Below are positions 63,235 through 64,000 of a DNA stretch of 64,000 nucleotides, one piece after another. The DNA is from Mizuhopecten yessoensis (taxonomy: Eukaryota). Within the stretch, counting starts at the first letter, position 1. Each line of letters starts with the position of its first letter. The DNA is taken from NCBI RefSeq assembly GCF_002113885.1, contig NW_018479948.1, positions 1 to 64,000 on the forward strand, given 5' to 3'. The notes below the pieces were generated by a model. That model did not search any database, had not been told where the DNA came from, and saw nothing but the letters and a program-made list of their open reading frames with translations. The position numbers and the translations under genes are program-made.

Positions 63235-63415
63235 ATAGAGGTTACACAACGAGTGGTTGTTGAATATGGTATTTATTTCACTCGAGTTAGTTAATTTTCA
63301 AAAGTTACAAAAAACACCAGCTTTAGCGAGTATCTTTCTGTAACTTTTGAAAATTAACTAACGAGATTGAAATAAATACCATACTCCACAACCACGAGTC
63401 GTGTGATCTGTTTCT
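63235..63415. mobile_element. Palindromic head of an interspersed repeat; related sequence near 20085-20120
   Basis: tatggtatttatttcactcgagttagttaattttcaaaagttac pairs with gtaacttttgaaaattaactaacgagattgaaataaataccata. Confidence 0.7.
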
Positions 63416-64000
63416 ACCATAATCTCATGATCAGTCGGAAATAACATACGCACATGTGTTTGTTGACAAGGCTGGCGTAGTGATATGACCCATATGTAAA
63501 AAGTCACTCATTAATATTCAAAAATGTCTTTTTGTTTTTACAAATCTAATAATTGTCAAAATTAATGCTTCGGCAACGACTTCATGAAAAAATATAATAG
63601 ATGAACGACTTTAAATATTGGTAATAGCAGTATTGCATTAATTTATATAAATTAACCACAGACTATTTGCGCGTAAGCATATCGTACGAAGTCTGCCTCC
63701 CGCCAAGTGACGAAGACGAACTTGTCGCTGTTAATGTCCAAAACCATAGGCCTACGTTTCTTCGTGACGGTGCTATGGTTGACGTTTATAGTGACAGTTC
63801 AGCCATAGTCAGACCGTCCAAATAGCGATAACGGGACATTGGGAGAACGAAATATTTTCCGACACTGTGACAGATCTTGTTTTGGTTTCACGACCTGGAC
63901 ACGCGACGGTGTGACGTCGAAACGATATTGAGCGTCTGCAGCTGTTTTGCCTGAAACTAGCGATCAAATCTTTAAGTATCATCTTCTTTTAATATTGCCT

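Overview
AT-rich eukaryotic (metazoan) genomic DNA with GT-AG introns and N gaps. The repeat families present suggest a mollusc, probably a bivalve (inference). Host genes I could assemble by hand from splice sites: (1) a two-exon orphan acidic protein gene (-, 3009-5406); (2) a complete 9-exon INO80B/PAPA-1/Ies2 gene (-, 10067-18290); (3) a two-exon Shaw/Kv3-like voltage-gated K+ channel (-, 41053-49258) with a degenerate S6 gate (PVA instead of PVP) and a 4.2-kb 88-bp satellite in its intron; (4) the first 7 coding exons of NSRP1/CCDC55 (+, 57458 onward, continuing past the last exon I could place); (5) a candidate 55-aa single-pass membrane microprotein gene, head-to-head with NSRP1. The most striking region is about 20.4-29.6 kb, a decayed and rearranged Polinton/Maverick (adintovirus-like) element. 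It retains fragments of protein-primed PolB, packaging ATPase and rve integrase. It also carries cargo the ORF track misses: a pseudogenised CARD gene with an in-frame C-terminal transmembrane segment, an intron-containing PC4-like gene whose 42-bp minisatellite varies mostly at synonymous sites, and an E-box/CRE-rich tandem array. The rest is satellites, SINEs, LINE fragments, MITEs, a Helentron-associated HINE, and a long-TIR DNA transposon with an 8-bp TSD. All family calls come from motif recognition; no database searches were run.
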